From an uncultured cyanobacterium (GTDB lineage Bacteria > Cyanobacteriota > Cyanobacteriia > Cyanobacteriales > CAWCAG01), in assembly GCA_963803805.1 (NCBI GenBank), contig CAWDOD010000002.1:960001-1024000 (forward strand): a stretch of 64,000 nt of DNA, read 5' to 3'. Below are positions 19,830 through 30,926 of this stretch, in pieces (within the stretch, counting starts at the first letter, position 1; each line of letters opens with the position of its first letter). The notes beneath the pieces are model-generated. The model did no database searches, had not been told where the DNA came from, and was given only the letters and a program-made list of their open reading frames with translations. Both the position numbers and the translations under genes were made by a program.

Positions 19830-21137
19830 ATGAAACTTCAGCAAGTTGGATTACTAAAAATACTAGCTAGAGGTACAGGAATTGCCTTAATTGTACAGCT
19901 TTTAAGTGTCGGTATCATCTATATCTCAAGACTATTTCTGGCTCGTTGGCTAGGGTTGGAAGAATACGGAGTTTATGAGTATGCGACAACCTTAAGTCTA
20001 TTTCTCGGCTTCTTGGCTGGTTTAGGATTTCCTAATGCTGTTTTACGGTTAATTTCGGAGTATCTTGTTAAAGAAAATTGGGCGGGGTTACGAGGTTTAA
20101 TTAAAGCCAGTTGGTGGCAAACTTTAGCTGTAGGAATTGCGATCGCAATTTTAGGTACACAGTTAATTTTCTACCTAGATTCTTGGCAAGAATTAGCTCA
20201 TAAAACTGCCTTAATCTTAGGGTTGTGGTCAGTGCCGATTATCGGTTTAATGAAACTGCAAAAGGAGATGTTGCGAGCATTACGTCGTATCGGTTTAGCC
20301 TACTCTCCTCAGCAAATCTTATTACCTTTACTTTTACTAGGAGTAGCTTGGTTTTGGCAACAAAGCGATAATAATTTAACTAGTGAGGTAGTTTTAGTTA
20401 TTTACATACTATCTCTGTTGCTTTTAATTTCCCTACAATTAGCTACTTTTCCTGTAGTTTTCCCCAAGGAAACTTATCAGTTGTCTCCCCGTTATCAGTT
20501 ACGTCATTGGCAGAACATGGCTTTTTCAATGTTTTTAGCTGATAGCTCTTTTATCGTTATGGAATCTAGCGATACTTTAATGTTAGGAAGTTGGTTAGGT
20601 TCTGCTCAAGTTGGTATTTATAGTGCTGCTCTTAAGACTGCTGCTTGGGTCAACTTTATTTTAATTGCAGTTAATGCGATCGCCGCTCCTTTGTTTGCTT
20701 CTCTCTACGCAGAAAAAGATTTTTTAGGATTACAAAAATTAGTCTCTTCTATCGCTAGGTGGATGTTTTTCCCTGCTTTTTTTGTAGCTTGTGGGCTAAT
20801 TTTGGGGGCAGAACCTTTACTAAAACTATTCGGAACAGAATTTATTGCGGCTAAGTGGTCATTAATCGCTTTAACAGGCGGGCAATTAGTTAACGTGGGG
20901 GCAGGTTCAGTTGGCTATCTATTAATGATGAGCGGACATCACAAGCAATGTGCCAAGGTTATGGGCTGGTGTACTGGGGTTAATATAATTCTCAATCTAA
21001 TTGGGATTCCTTTGTTAGGTAGTTTAGGGGCTGCGATCGCTACAGCAGTATCTATGGCTTTGTGGAATATTTGGTTGCACCGTTTGGTGATGAAATATCT
21101 CAATATAAATCCTTCTATTATGGCGGCTTTTAGGTAG
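19830..21137 (+). CDS. Wzx/MOP-family oligosaccharide flippase (start likely ATG 19830)
   Basis: LARWLGLEEYGVY, VGIYSAA, GAAIATA motifs, many TMs. Confidence 0.85.
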   Translation: MKLQQVGLLKILARGTGIALIVQLLSVGIIYISRLFLARWLGLEEYGVYEYATTLSLFLGFLAGLGFPNAVLRLISEYLVKENWAGLRGLIKASWWQTLAVGIAIAILGTQLIFYLDSWQELAHKTALILGLWSVPIIGLMKLQKEMLRALRRIGLAYSPQQILLPLLLLGVAWFWQQSDNNLTSEVVLVIYILSLLLLISLQLATFPVVFPKETYQLSPRYQLRHWQNMAFSMFLADSSFIVMESSDTLMLGSWLGSAQVGIYSAALKTAAWVNFILIAVNAIAAPLFASLYAEKDFLGLQKLVSSIARWMFFPAFFVACGLILGAEPLLKLFGTEFIAAKWSLIALTGGQLVNVGAGSVGYLLMMSGHHKQCAKVMGWCTGVNIILNLIGIPLLGSLGAAIATAVSMALWNIWLHRLVMKYLNINPSIMAAFR

Positions 21138-21250
21138 TTGGAGAGGGAAACTTTTCACTTACTTCAGACTCTTCCCAGTAACGCACCAAAAATATAACTA
21201 TAAATAACTAATTATCGCTCCCTCGTAACTACCAATATGGAATGGTTAAC

Positions 21251-21357
21251 GGTGGGTTACGCCTAACAGCTAACGCCACCCTACTTTTTTTCTGTTTTGT
21301 TTTCAGCATTATAACTTTGTTAAATCACCTTAAGTAATAGTAGGGTGTGTTAGGCGC
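21251..21357. repeat. GTAG-type REP-like palindromes
   Basis: GGTGGGTTACGC...GCTAACGCCACCCTAC (21251-21284) and GTAGGGTGTGTTAGGCGC (21340-21357). Confidence 0.55.
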
Positions 21358-21407
21358 ATTAAAATAATTTCAGCATCATTAAATATAAACATATTGCGCC
21401 CAATGCT

Positions 21408-21701
21408 TTGACAAACATCTTAGCTGAACATTACGACTCTACTAACCTTCCCTTACCAAAGCCAGGATATAGATTAAGGGAATATCAACGCCTAGAAAAG
21501 TCTGCTGATCCGCAATTTCCTGCTGCTAGTACCCATAGCAGAATTGGAGATTGGCAAGTAACGAGGGTGGAAGTATATACTCCAGACATTCCGGCTAGGG
21601 AATTTGAAACTATTGCTATTTGTTATTGCCAATATGTTCCCATAGAAACTTCCTTAGAATCTTTGCCAGAAATTCAAAAGACAGAACAATCAATTTGCTA
21701 A
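21408..21701 (+). CDS. Conserved cyanobacterial hypothetical protein, probably 5'-truncated
   Basis: TNILAEHYD...PKPGYRL...STHSRIGDWQVTRVEVY; TTG start, REP-like elements immediately upstream. Confidence 0.55.
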   Translation: MTNILAEHYDSTNLPLPKPGYRLREYQRLEKSADPQFPAASTHSRIGDWQVTRVEVYTPDIPAREFETIAICYCQYVPIETSLESLPEIQKTEQSIC

Positions 21702-22730
21702 GTCAGCAATCACTTCTACCAAACCAGCTACAACACGAGTAAACTTAGCAAAGTCAATTTTATCAATGGTATCTTCCCCTGTGTGGTAGTGAGGATAGCG
21801 ATTAAAAGCAGTGTCGGTGATCATTATTCCCTTGTATCCCTGTTGCCAAAAAGACCACTGATCTGAAAAACCAACCCCAGGCATCCAAGCAGGTAAAGAA
21901 GCCCCTTCTGAAGGAAAATCAACATGACGGCGGAAAGAAGCAAGTGATTTTCTTAGCAAGTCTCCAGAATTAAGGTTGCCTACAAAAGCGACAAAATTAC
22001 CTTGTTGAGGATAGATTAAGTTGAGGGGAGGAGGATATTTTTGGCTACCTTCTGCATTGTCAAAATAGCCCATTGTTTCTAAGCTTAACATCGCCACAAT
22101 GTTTTCGTCCTTTTGAGCTAATTCCTGGGCATATACCAAACTCCCCATCTCTTCTTTCCAGAAAAAAGGTGGTTCTTCGTTGACAAACTCCACAAAGCGA
22201 ATTGTCCGCTTAGCGGGTTTCTGGGCGAATATCCGCGCTAATTCTAGGGTTGCTGCGGCCCCGGTGGCATTATCATTAGCACCCGGACTGGTGAAAGCTG
22301 AGTCATAATGACCACCAATCACAACAATCTCCTGGGGTATCTCCGTTCCCAACTTTTCTGCTTCTAGGTTGTAACAAAGTTTGCCCTCAACTTCGTACCC
22401 TTGCAACCTCACTTCATAACCAGCTTGAGTTAAGGCTGTTTCTAAAAAGATTCTCGCTGCATCAAGCTTTGCATATCGTTCAACATTCCTCGCACCAATT
22501 TCCCCAGCCATTTTAGCCACATCTTTTTGTAGGGAGTTTTGCAGGGCTATTTCTTCAGTTTGTAGAGGTGGAAGTTGCCCTTGATAACTTTGTCCCGGCA
22601 TCCGAAACATGGTTAACCATACCCAAAAAGAAAGGATTAGTAAGACAGCACAAAGTATCCCTAAACGCATTAGTGCAGACTTATTGATTAGCTGCAATCT
22701 AAACTTGTGGTTATTTGAAGAACGGCGCAT
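21690..22730 (-). CDS. M28 family metallopeptidase
   Basis: GGHYDS, PGANDNATG, NEEPP, SLETMG, SDQWSF, YHT. Confidence 0.9.
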   Translation of the reverse strand: MRRSSNNHKFRLQLINKSALMRLGILCAVLLILSFWVWLTMFRMPGQSYQGQLPPLQTEEIALQNSLQKDVAKMAGEIGARNVERYAKLDAARIFLETALTQAGYEVRLQGYEVEGKLCYNLEAEKLGTEIPQEIVVIGGHYDSAFTSPGANDNATGAAATLELARIFAQKPAKRTIRFVEFVNEEPPFFWKEEMGSLVYAQELAQKDENIVAMLSLETMGYFDNAEGSQKYPPPLNLIYPQQGNFVAFVGNLNSGDLLRKSLASFRRHVDFPSEGASLPAWMPGVGFSDQWSFWQQGYKGIMITDTAFNRYPHYHTGEDTIDKIDFAKFTRVVAGLVEVIADLAN

Positions 22731-22741
22731 AATAATTCGGA

Positions 22742-23107
22742 TTAAAAGACTTGTAGCATTCTGGTTGCTGGTAACAACTCCTGAACAACATTTTCTGGCC
22801 AATTGCCTTCGCAACGACGGCCTGTGTTAAGAATAAAACGAAGACTGTAAGCGTGAGGATATCCTTCAATTTCCATCCACAATAATTCACTTTCTGCTTC
22901 GCAAGTGATTCTTTCTTCAGGCATCAATTCTGTGGCTATTTTGATAATAGTTTGGCATAGTTCTGCTGATAAACGCCGAAAATCTTGCAATTCCGCCTCT
23001 GTTAACTCAATGGCCCAATTTTCCCCCGCCACTAAACCCGGATAATCTTGTGCTTCCGGGTTCCAACCAATACGCCAACCAGTGCCACTTTTAACTACCC
23101 GTTTCAT
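22742..23107 (-). CDS. DUF1818 family protein
   Basis: KSGTGWRIGW...WAIELTEAE...GRRCEGNW. Confidence 0.8.
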   Translation of the reverse strand: MKRVVKSGTGWRIGWNPEAQDYPGLVAGENWAIELTEAELQDFRRLSAELCQTIIKIATELMPEERITCEAESELLWMEIEGYPHAYSLRFILNTGRRCEGNWPENVVQELLPATRMLQVF

Positions 23108-23109
23108 GA

Positions 23110-23697
23110 TTACTTCAGTAAGTCTGCATCCCCCGGTTGAGGTAAAGATGGGTTATTAGGAGTTGTAGGAGTTGGTGTTGGGTTTGAGGTGGGCGTTGGG
23201 GTTTCTGGTTCTGGTTTAGGGGCAAAAGTATTAACGAGGGCGCTAATTAACTGTTCTCTTTGCTGCCTATCTAGATTGTCAATGATGGCTAAATCCTGAG
23301 CAAAAGGATTGACAGTTAAGCTATTGTGGCCAGGATAACGAGACTCATCAATTTTATCATGAACCCCTAAATAGTCAGCCATAGTTAGCTTCCAATCTAA
23401 ACGAGAATTGGGCAAGCGATTTTTGATGTAAAGGTGATAGCTGAGGAGGCGACGAATCAGGGTATGATTTGTAGCTACTTCTCCTGTTTCTAGGCTGATA
23501 TACTGATTCTCTAAAGGAAAATCAGCCAACTGTTCATAGACAAAAGGAGCAACTTCTTGGGGAGAAATAAATTGTGCGATCGCCGGTTCTATGGTAGCTA
23601 ATTTACCAATTTTACCTCCTCCCAAAAAGAAGATCAGACCAGTTACTATTACAATATTTCTCAACAGCCGAGGCTTTTTAACCATTATTCTTACCAA
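23110..23697 (-). CDS. Conserved hypothetical exported protein
   Basis: Signal-like N-terminus, PLENQY...RLDWKLTMADYLG, Pro/Thr-rich tail. Confidence 0.75.
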   Translation of the reverse strand: MVRIMVKKPRLLRNIVIVTGLIFFLGGGKIGKLATIEPAIAQFISPQEVAPFVYEQLADFPLENQYISLETGEVATNHTLIRRLLSYHLYIKNRLPNSRLDWKLTMADYLGVHDKIDESRYPGHNSLTVNPFAQDLAIIDNLDRQQREQLISALVNTFAPKPEPETPTPTSNPTPTPTTPNNPSLPQPGDADLLK

Positions 23698-23775
23698 AGA
23701 AAATAAAAATAACCAAAATGATCATTGTACGGCTTTGCCATTGTTATAGACATTAGTAATCATTGATCATTGATA

Positions 23776-24009
23776 TCAGTCGCCAATAATTTCTGGTTGA
23801 GTTAATTCATCAGACATTTCAATGATGGCCCTAATCACAGGCTTCATCATTGGATCATCAAGATTCTCAAAATCTTCATAACGTCGGCGTTTGGCGCGAT
23901 TAGCTACTTGAACAGTAATTTTATAACGATTAGAAGCCGCCGACATTAACTCCTCTGCCCGGTGCATAATTTGAGGAGAATTGAAAGATGTGCGTCTAAG
24001 CATTCTCAT
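23776..24009 (-). CDS. rpoZ: RNA polymerase omega subunit
   Basis: [19 protein letters not shown]...[14 protein letters not shown]. Confidence 0.93.
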   Translation of the reverse strand: MRMLRRTSFNSPQIMHRAEELMSAASNRYKITVQVANRAKRRRYEDFENLDDPMMKPVIRAIIEMSDELTQPEIIGD

Positions 24010-24375
24010 AGGTTGATCACTCTAGTTAGGTTGCAAAGCTATAGTTTAACAAAGTCCGTCCCTATTAGTTTTTTAGATGTGCGATAAACCTGGGAATAGC
24101 TTCCCTTAGGCTTCTTTATTGTCGGGTGTGTTCCTTCAGGTAATACTTTATAATCTAAAACAAAATTTTCTAATTAGGAACGCACCACTCCCATTACTAA
24201 ACATTCCGTAAATAAATTTTAATTCTCAATTCTCAAAAATAGCAGCTAGACTAATGGTGCGTTAAGTGCTGAATAAAGACTTTGGTGGACTAAAAAGTCT
24301 TTAGCTACCCCTGTCTACATTAATCTTGAACTTGAGGATCATCACTAATGATCAATAACTAATGACCAACAACCA

Positions 24376-27300
24376 ATGAATAATAACTCCCCTTCCTTAA
24401 GAATTTCCGTAACTGTGGGTACATCTGAACCAGAGTTATTGCAAGGTTTGGATGTTTGGTTGCGTTTAGGTTTGATTAGTGAGTTGCAGGTAAACAAGAT
24501 TGCCAGGGAGTATCTTAGTTGTCCCCTGCCTACTTCTAGCAATATCGCAGTTTCTCAATCTCAACCTGTTGCAACCTCAGAATTTGCTTCACCAGCTAGA
24601 GAACCACAATTACCCAGAGTGCCTGGAATACCTTTGCTTTCCAGGTTAGGGCAGTCTTTTAAAGATGAGCTTAGTGTGCGTTGGCTACTCTTTTTAGGGG
24701 TATTTTTAGTGGTCATGTCCTCCGGAGTACTGGCGGCAACTCAGTGGTCAAGATTCCCTCCTGTGGGGCAATATGGGGTCTTGTTTGTCTACACTGTCAT
24801 CTTTTGGCTAGTAGGTTTTTGGGCCAAACAGCAGGAGAATTTACAACTAACTGCCCAGACTTTGACTAATATTGCCTTACTGTTGATTCCCCTTAACTTT
24901 TGGGCGATGGATAGCTTTAGTTTATGGCAAAATACCACCGGATTAATCACGGTAGGAATCGCCGTTGTTGGTTTAGTTAGTATCACTTGGTTCCACAACT
25001 CCGCAACCAAGGTGCAAAGTCTGGTTTTTCTCGGTTTAAGTCTGTTGCATTGGGGTTGGCAAATTTCAGGATTTGCCCTTGTATCTGTTTATCTAGCAAC
25101 CATCACCACAACAACCATTTTTCCCTGGCAACGTGCTTCAATCAAGCCTCCATTACTAATTTATGCTTTAGGGGTTATCCTTGCTAGAGCAGTTTTTATT
25201 GAACAGTTACCCATAGAAAGTTTAGCTTTAGCAGTGGGGATTTGCGGTTGGTTGTCGGCAACCGAAGGGTTAAGGGTTGAAACTTCCCAAAGGACTACGT
25301 GGCAAATTATAGGAGTGATTCTGCTCTTTTTTAGTTGGGCGGTGGTTGTTGAACAAACTGCCTATGGGCAAGCATTATTAGTCAGTGGTTTAACTATCTG
25401 GTTTTTCACTCGTCGCTTACAGCTTTATTGGCAACGTAGAGATTTAGGAATTATATTTATCATTGGTTTGCAGACATTATTCCTTGTCTGGGCATTAGTC
25501 CCCTCCTCCTGGCAAACCAGCATTGTTACCCCCTTGCTACAACTCACTACTTCGCAAACCAACCCTGAAGCCTTGCTTAGTATCAGTTTGTTTCCTTATG
25601 TCGTACTCTTCACTGCTGTAAACGATTGGTTGTATAGCCGCGAAAAAACTAATGCTGCTAGATTTGGAGACTTTCTCACCTTAGTTTTAGGCATCGCCTT
25701 AACCTTAATTAGTTGCTTAAACCCTAACCTGCGATCGCTAAATTTAATTCTCTCGACTTGTACCCTCGCTTTTGTTAGCCAACGTCGCCAACCTCTCAAT
25801 GCTTATCTGGTTTATTTTACCCACCTCCTCGGCTTACTGGCTTTTGCTTCCACCCTTGATAGCTTTTTCCCCAACCTTCCCGAACAAAATTGGGCCTTAA
25901 TTCTTTTATTATTAATGATAGGAGAATGGCTTTTCTCCAGCCGCAATACCTCTATTGCTCATCAAAGCGCTTGGTATTTCGGTTTCCTCCTCGCCGCTAT
26001 TAGCTATGCCCTCTTAACTTCAACCTTAACCCTAGAAGTTAATCAACGTTGGCAACTTGCTTGGTTACTCACTCCCCTCACCTTAACCGGAGTTGCTGAC
26101 ACTAACCAACCACCCCGGCAACATCAAGCAGCTTGGTTTAGCATTGCTAGTTTAATAGCGGTACAACTGCTTACCGGCTGGCAACCAGAAACGAGAATCA
26201 TCAGCTTAGGTTTTGCAGTAGGATTGATGCACCTGAATCTTCGCTATCTCAATTCTTTAGTTGCTGCCACAATTCATTTAGGCTTCATGCTTACCTTTGT
26301 AGCAACTATACTCTGGCAGTTTTCCCCCTCTCCTCCTACCTGGTTACTTAGCAGTGCGATCGCAACTATTATTCTTTGGTTAGGACAAGGCTTTTTACAA
26401 CAGAGTCAAGGAAACCTTGCAGCGATCTATGCCAAAGCTGCTGATAGTTGGGCAATTTCGCTCTGGATTATAAATTTAAGCCTCTTAACCTGTCATAGCT
26501 TAACTATCTACAATCCCATCTTCTTACCCCATTGGCAATATCCTACCGTAGCAGCTTTAATGGTAATCGCTATCATCGGGCGCTACTGGCAACAACCTAA
26601 AGATGTTCACGTTTATGGTTTCATCTGGGCAGTAGAAATATTGATTGCTGAAATCATTCTCCTCAACAATGGTTCAGCATTACACCTTGCCGTTGCCAAT
26701 ATCCTTCTCGCCCTAGTCACCCTGGTAGCAACAACGTGGTTATTAAGTCAGGAAAACCGCCTTTCTTCCTTAGAAAGCATCGCTCTATCTCCCCTCATCT
26801 ACGCCATTATTGGTACTTGCAGCCGTTTACCTTACTTCAACCCCTACACTGGCTTACTTACCCTGGGGGCAGCATTAACTGGGCTAGGAGTATCCCCTCG
26901 TCGTCAGGAGTGGAAAGATCTTGCTTACTTTTCCTTAGCAGGTATTTCCTTAGCTTGGTATGAACTAGTTATTTATCAACTCTCCCAAACACCAGCAGGA
27001 AACCCCGCCGACGGCTACACAATCTTAGGGGCAGTGGCAGTAGGAATCGCCTTTTGTTACCATTTCTTAGCTTGGTGGGGACAAAATAAACCCCGTATTT
27101 TCAACTTAGAAACCAAAGAAATTCAAACCACCGCCCATATCCATTGGTTTATTGGCACTTTCTTAATGGTGGCAGCAGCAAGCTACAGCGTAATTTCCCC
27201 CCCAAATCTTAAAGTAGCTGCTATTGGTATTAGTTTAAGTCTGGTTGGTTATAGCTTGGCACAAGGTAGAAAGACAACTGACACAGCTTCTGCTTGGGTT

Positions 27301-28074
27301 TATGCTGGTTTAATAGAACTTGGGGCAACAACATTATACACTCGCTTATTGTGGCCGCAACTTAATATCTTCGACAACTGGATTGTCTTGATCGCCTGTT
27401 GTATTGCTGCCCTACTTTACGAATTACCTTGGGGAGGTTGGGGATGGCAAAATCAACCTTGGTTACATTCTGCTACTGTCCTACCTTTACTAACTATCAC
27501 CTTAACTTCTCTCCAAGTATCCTCTGTCAGCTTACTTGGTGCTGCTGCCTTTTATGGTTGGCTTGCTAAACGTCAACAAAACCTGCGCTTTTCTTACCTC
27601 AGCCTAATTTTAATTGATTGGGCGATCGCCCGTTGGTTATTAACTCAGCAGCTTAACGATCCTCTTTGGTATGCCGCCGTTATTGGTTTATCAATTTTGT
27701 ATATTGCCCAATTCAATCCTCAAAAAAGACAACGCCATCACCTACGCCTCATTGGTATGAGTCTCATTGCCGTAGTTGCAGTCATCTTCCACCAAGAAAA
27801 TGGAATCATACCTGGAATCATTGGTTTAATAGCAACTTTCTTGGGCTTAGGTCTAAAAATCAGAGCTTTCCTTTGGGTGGGTACAATCACCTTTGTAATT
27901 ACCGTTTCCTACCAATTAATTATCTTAGCCTTAACCTACTCCTTTTTGAAATGGGTTTTCGGCATCATCGCCGGAACAACTTTAATCATTGTTGCTGCTA
28001 ACTTTGAGCGACGTAGAGAACAAGCTTCTTCCCTCTGGCAAAATTGGTCAACCAGGCTAGAAGAATGGGAATAA
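24376..28074 (+). CDS. Very large polytopic membrane protein (DUF2157-like)
   Basis: 1232 aa, dozens of TMs, LDVWLRLGLI and ELSVRWLLFLG motifs. Confidence 0.75.
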   Translation: MNNNSPSLRISVTVGTSEPELLQGLDVWLRLGLISELQVNKIAREYLSCPLPTSSNIAVSQSQPVATSEFASPAREPQLPRVPGIPLLSRLGQSFKDELSVRWLLFLGVFLVVMSSGVLAATQWSRFPPVGQYGVLFVYTVIFWLVGFWAKQQENLQLTAQTLTNIALLLIPLNFWAMDSFSLWQNTTGLITVGIAVVGLVSITWFHNSATKVQSLVFLGLSLLHWGWQISGFALVSVYLATITTTTIFPWQRASIKPPLLIYALGVILARAVFIEQLPIESLALAVGICGWLSATEGLRVETSQRTTWQIIGVILLFFSWAVVVEQTAYGQALLVSGLTIWFFTRRLQLYWQRRDLGIIFIIGLQTLFLVWALVPSSWQTSIVTPLLQLTTSQTNPEALLSISLFPYVVLFTAVNDWLYSREKTNAARFGDFLTLVLGIALTLISCLNPNLRSLNLILSTCTLAFVSQRRQPLNAYLVYFTHLLGLLAFASTLDSFFPNLPEQNWALILLLLMIGEWLFSSRNTSIAHQSAWYFGFLLAAISYALLTSTLTLEVNQRWQLAWLLTPLTLTGVADTNQPPRQHQAAWFSIASLIAVQLLTGWQPETRIISLGFAVGLMHLNLRYLNSLVAATIHLGFMLTFVATILWQFSPSPPTWLLSSAIATIILWLGQGFLQQSQGNLAAIYAKAADSWAISLWIINLSLLTCHSLTIYNPIFLPHWQYPTVAALMVIAIIGRYWQQPKDVHVYGFIWAVEILIAEIILLNNGSALHLAVANILLALVTLVATTWLLSQENRLSSLESIALSPLIYAIIGTCSRLPYFNPYTGLLTLGAALTGLGVSPRRQEWKDLAYFSLAGISLAWYELVIYQLSQTPAGNPADGYTILGAVAVGIAFCYHFLAWWGQNKPRIFNLETKEIQTTAHIHWFIGTFLMVAAASYSVISPPNLKVAAIGISLSLVGYSLAQGRKTTDTASAWVYAGLIELGATTLYTRLLWPQLNIFDNWIVLIACCIAALLYELPWGGWGWQNQPWLHSATVLPLLTITLTSLQVSSVSLLGAAAFYGWLAKRQQNLRFSYLSLILIDWAIARWLLTQQLNDPLWYAAVIGLSILYIAQFNPQKRQRHHLRLIGMSLIAVVAVIFHQENGIIPGIIGLIATFLGLGLKIRAFLWVGTITFVITVSYQLIILALTYSFLKWVFGIIAGTTLIIVAANFERRREQASSLWQNWSTRLEEWE

Positions 28075-28661
28075 TTGTCAGAACAGTTAAAAATAATTTG
28101 CTATTTGGCAATGAGAAACTAAAATAATTAAAGATTGTCTTACTAATAACCCTCTGCTTTGTGAGTTAATACTCATCTACTCGATTTAGTACGAAGTAGT
28201 TTTAACATCACAAAGAAAGCAGTGCGTCTGTTATGTTAAGTCTAGGCAAAAGACTAGCTAACCTATCACTGAGAAAGTAAAGTGTAAGTTAGCCTCAATT
28301 GCTTCTAACGAGACAATCTCCCTAACTGATGTCAACAAGAGCAAAAAATTCACTCTGCAATCTTTCCAATGGGTTTGACCAATTTTGCATCTATATTTCT
28401 CTACAAACAGAGAGTTCAGCAACATAATCGGCGCAGAGACAAGCATAAATCCCAGTTTGGGGTTAAGGATAGTAAAAAGTATCAAGAAATGATGACTTTT
28501 AACTTTGATAATTCATTAATGTTCTTGAATTCTTTATCCTTCAAACTCAGGTTTTGTGCCTTCTTCGCCACTAGAAACATTCAAAGATTGCTATTTGCCC
28601 TGCAAAGTTATAGCAAAAGCCAACCAATACAACGCCCCATAAGATTTAAGGACTATTCTCA

Positions 28662-30926
28662 ATGGAATTTTCAGTCGCCACACTGCTATCTCAATTCAGT
28701 GATGACAAATTAGTAGCTCGCAAAGCACTAGAAAAAAAGCTAGATTGTGAAGATGCTGAAAGTACAGAAAAACTTGATATTGTTTTAGATGCCCTAGAAA
28801 GAATCGGTGTTCTGGTTAAGGAACGTGGCAAATATCGTCGTCTGGAAGAAGATGATGTAGTAGAAGCCAAATTACGCTGTTCGAGTAAAGGATTTTGCTT
28901 TGCGATTCAAGATCAAGAAACCTCTGAAGATGTCTACATTAGAGAAAGCCACCTCTCCAATGCTTGGAATAGCGATCGCGTCTTAGTCAAAATCATCAAA
29001 GAAGGTAGCCGCCGCCGTTCCCCGGAAGGAGAAGTTAGGCTCATTTTAGACCGTTCTAACCCTTCTTTACTAGCAACAGTGAAAAAAACCGAACGAGGTT
29101 ATCGGGCTGTACCTTTAGATGATCGCCTATTGTTTGAACTCAACCTCAAAGGAGAAGAAGAATTTTTAGAGCAAGCAGTAGAACACTTGGTTCATGTCGA
29201 AGTTAAGCGTTATCCTTTAGGTTCTAATTTACCCATCGGTCAAGTCAGCAAAATTCTCGGTAGTGATGCAGAAGAAGCAGCGGATACAGACATAGTTTGT
29301 TGCAAACACGACTTACCTCAAACCTTCCCAGAAAAAGTACTCGAAGCCGCCGAAGAGTTACCTAAACAACTACGCCAACAACATCGCAAAGATAGGGAAG
29401 ACTTAAGAAAGTTACTCACCCTCTCTATTGAAGCTGAAGCAGACACCTCTAGTAGTCGTCAAAAAAAGCCTTTAGTCGAAAATGCCTTTACCTTAGAAAA
29501 AACTGAAGCAGGGGATTGGTATTTAGGCATTCATATCACTGATTTAGCTTACTTCATTGAAGAAGGTTCTCCTTTAGATTTAGAAGCGAAAAAACGGGGT
29601 ACAGATATTTATTTGGCAGATCTGGTACTGCCTTTACTTCCGGATACAGCCATTCGCCGTTGTTCCCTATCTCCTGGTTCGGAACGTCTGGCCATTTCTA
29701 CATTTCTAACTATTGATGAAACAGGGAAAGTAGTTGAGTTTGAGTTCAAGCGTACAGTGGTAAAACCAGATTATCAACTCAGCTACCAAGAAGTGCAGTC
29801 TCTTTTAGGAGGACAAGAAGAAGTTGATCAAGAAATGAAGCCTGTAGAAGATTTGCTCAAACAACTCTTTTTCAGCTTAAGTCCTGTGGTTAAAGCCAGA
29901 AGACAGCAAAGAGGGGCTTTTGAAATTGAAGCTCAAGACAATACCTTACCTTATAAAGACGAAGGTAGAATGGGGGCAGTAGCTGTTTCCTCTTCCTTTC
30001 CCATTCGCTCCCTACTCACAGAATTAGTGGTACTGGCTAACCGAGCGATGGCAGAACATTTACAGGCTTTAGAACTCCCGGCTATCTATTGCTATCAAAC
30101 TGAACCAGACTTAGAGCAACTCGAAGACTTAATCAAACTAAGTAGTAACTTAGGCTTGGATTTGTATGTCGAAGATGAAGAAGAAATTCATCCCCAGGAT
30201 TATCAACGTTTTACTCAACAGTTTGCTACTTCCTCAGCCCGGAAAATTCTTAATTACCTGTTGCAGTCAACCTTAAAACCCTTAGCCTACAGCACCAAAC
30301 CAGCCTTCCACTTCGGTTTAACCTATGAAGGTGGTTATACCCGTTGCATTTCTCCTGGTAGACGCTATGCAGATTTGTTAATACAGCGTTTGTTACATAG
30401 CCTTTTTGATGAAGGGCGCGATCGCCGTTCTACCCGTTCCAAAGAAGGTGTTGATTTAGGCAGTAGCACCAGCCATGACCAAATTAACTGGAACATTCTC
30501 CCGGCACAAACTCAAACCGCTTGGGAAGAAACCCTCTCATCCATCATACCTTACCTCAACGAGCGCGAGAAGCTCGCTCAAGACGCAGAAAAGGACTTGG
30601 AAGGGTTGAAGAAAGCTGAACAAATGAAAGAGCGTACAGGGCAAGTTTTCCAAGGTTTGATTACCGGAGTTCAATCCTATGGCTTCTTTGTGGAAATTGA
30701 AGACTTGCTTGTAGAAGGATTAGTTCATGTCAGTTCTCTCAAGGATGATTGGTACGAATATCGTTCCCGTCATTCTTGTTTAGTCGGGCGCAAAAACCGC
30801 ACTGCCTACCGCTTAGGAGATAGAGTAGAAGTACAGGTGAAAAGCGTCGATTACTATCGCCAGCAAATTGATTTAGTCACTGTTAGCGGCGGTAGTGAAG
30901 CGAGTAACGAAGATTTGGAGGATTAG
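28662..30926 (+). CDS. RNase II/R family protein (Zam-like) with degenerate catalytic motif
   Basis: CSD (KGFCF...), RNB (SPGRRYADL), S1 (GFFVEI..LVEGLVHVSSL) domains. Confidence 0.88.
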   Translation: MEFSVATLLSQFSDDKLVARKALEKKLDCEDAESTEKLDIVLDALERIGVLVKERGKYRRLEEDDVVEAKLRCSSKGFCFAIQDQETSEDVYIRESHLSNAWNSDRVLVKIIKEGSRRRSPEGEVRLILDRSNPSLLATVKKTERGYRAVPLDDRLLFELNLKGEEEFLEQAVEHLVHVEVKRYPLGSNLPIGQVSKILGSDAEEAADTDIVCCKHDLPQTFPEKVLEAAEELPKQLRQQHRKDREDLRKLLTLSIEAEADTSSSRQKKPLVENAFTLEKTEAGDWYLGIHITDLAYFIEEGSPLDLEAKKRGTDIYLADLVLPLLPDTAIRRCSLSPGSERLAISTFLTIDETGKVVEFEFKRTVVKPDYQLSYQEVQSLLGGQEEVDQEMKPVEDLLKQLFFSLSPVVKARRQQRGAFEIEAQDNTLPYKDEGRMGAVAVSSSFPIRSLLTELVVLANRAMAEHLQALELPAIYCYQTEPDLEQLEDLIKLSSNLGLDLYVEDEEEIHPQDYQRFTQQFATSSARKILNYLLQSTLKPLAYSTKPAFHFGLTYEGGYTRCISPGRRYADLLIQRLLHSLFDEGRDRRSTRSKEGVDLGSSTSHDQINWNILPAQTQTAWEETLSSIIPYLNEREKLAQDAEKDLEGLKKAEQMKERTGQVFQGLITGVQSYGFFVEIEDLLVEGLVHVSSLKDDWYEYRSRHSCLVGRKNRTAYRLGDRVEVQVKSVDYYRQQIDLVTVSGGSEASNEDLED

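Noticed and set aside
28258-28713. ORFs 28369-28713 (+) and 28258-28485 (-)
   Set aside because: No recognisable motifs; the first overlaps the RNase R-like start; probably promoter/leader DNA
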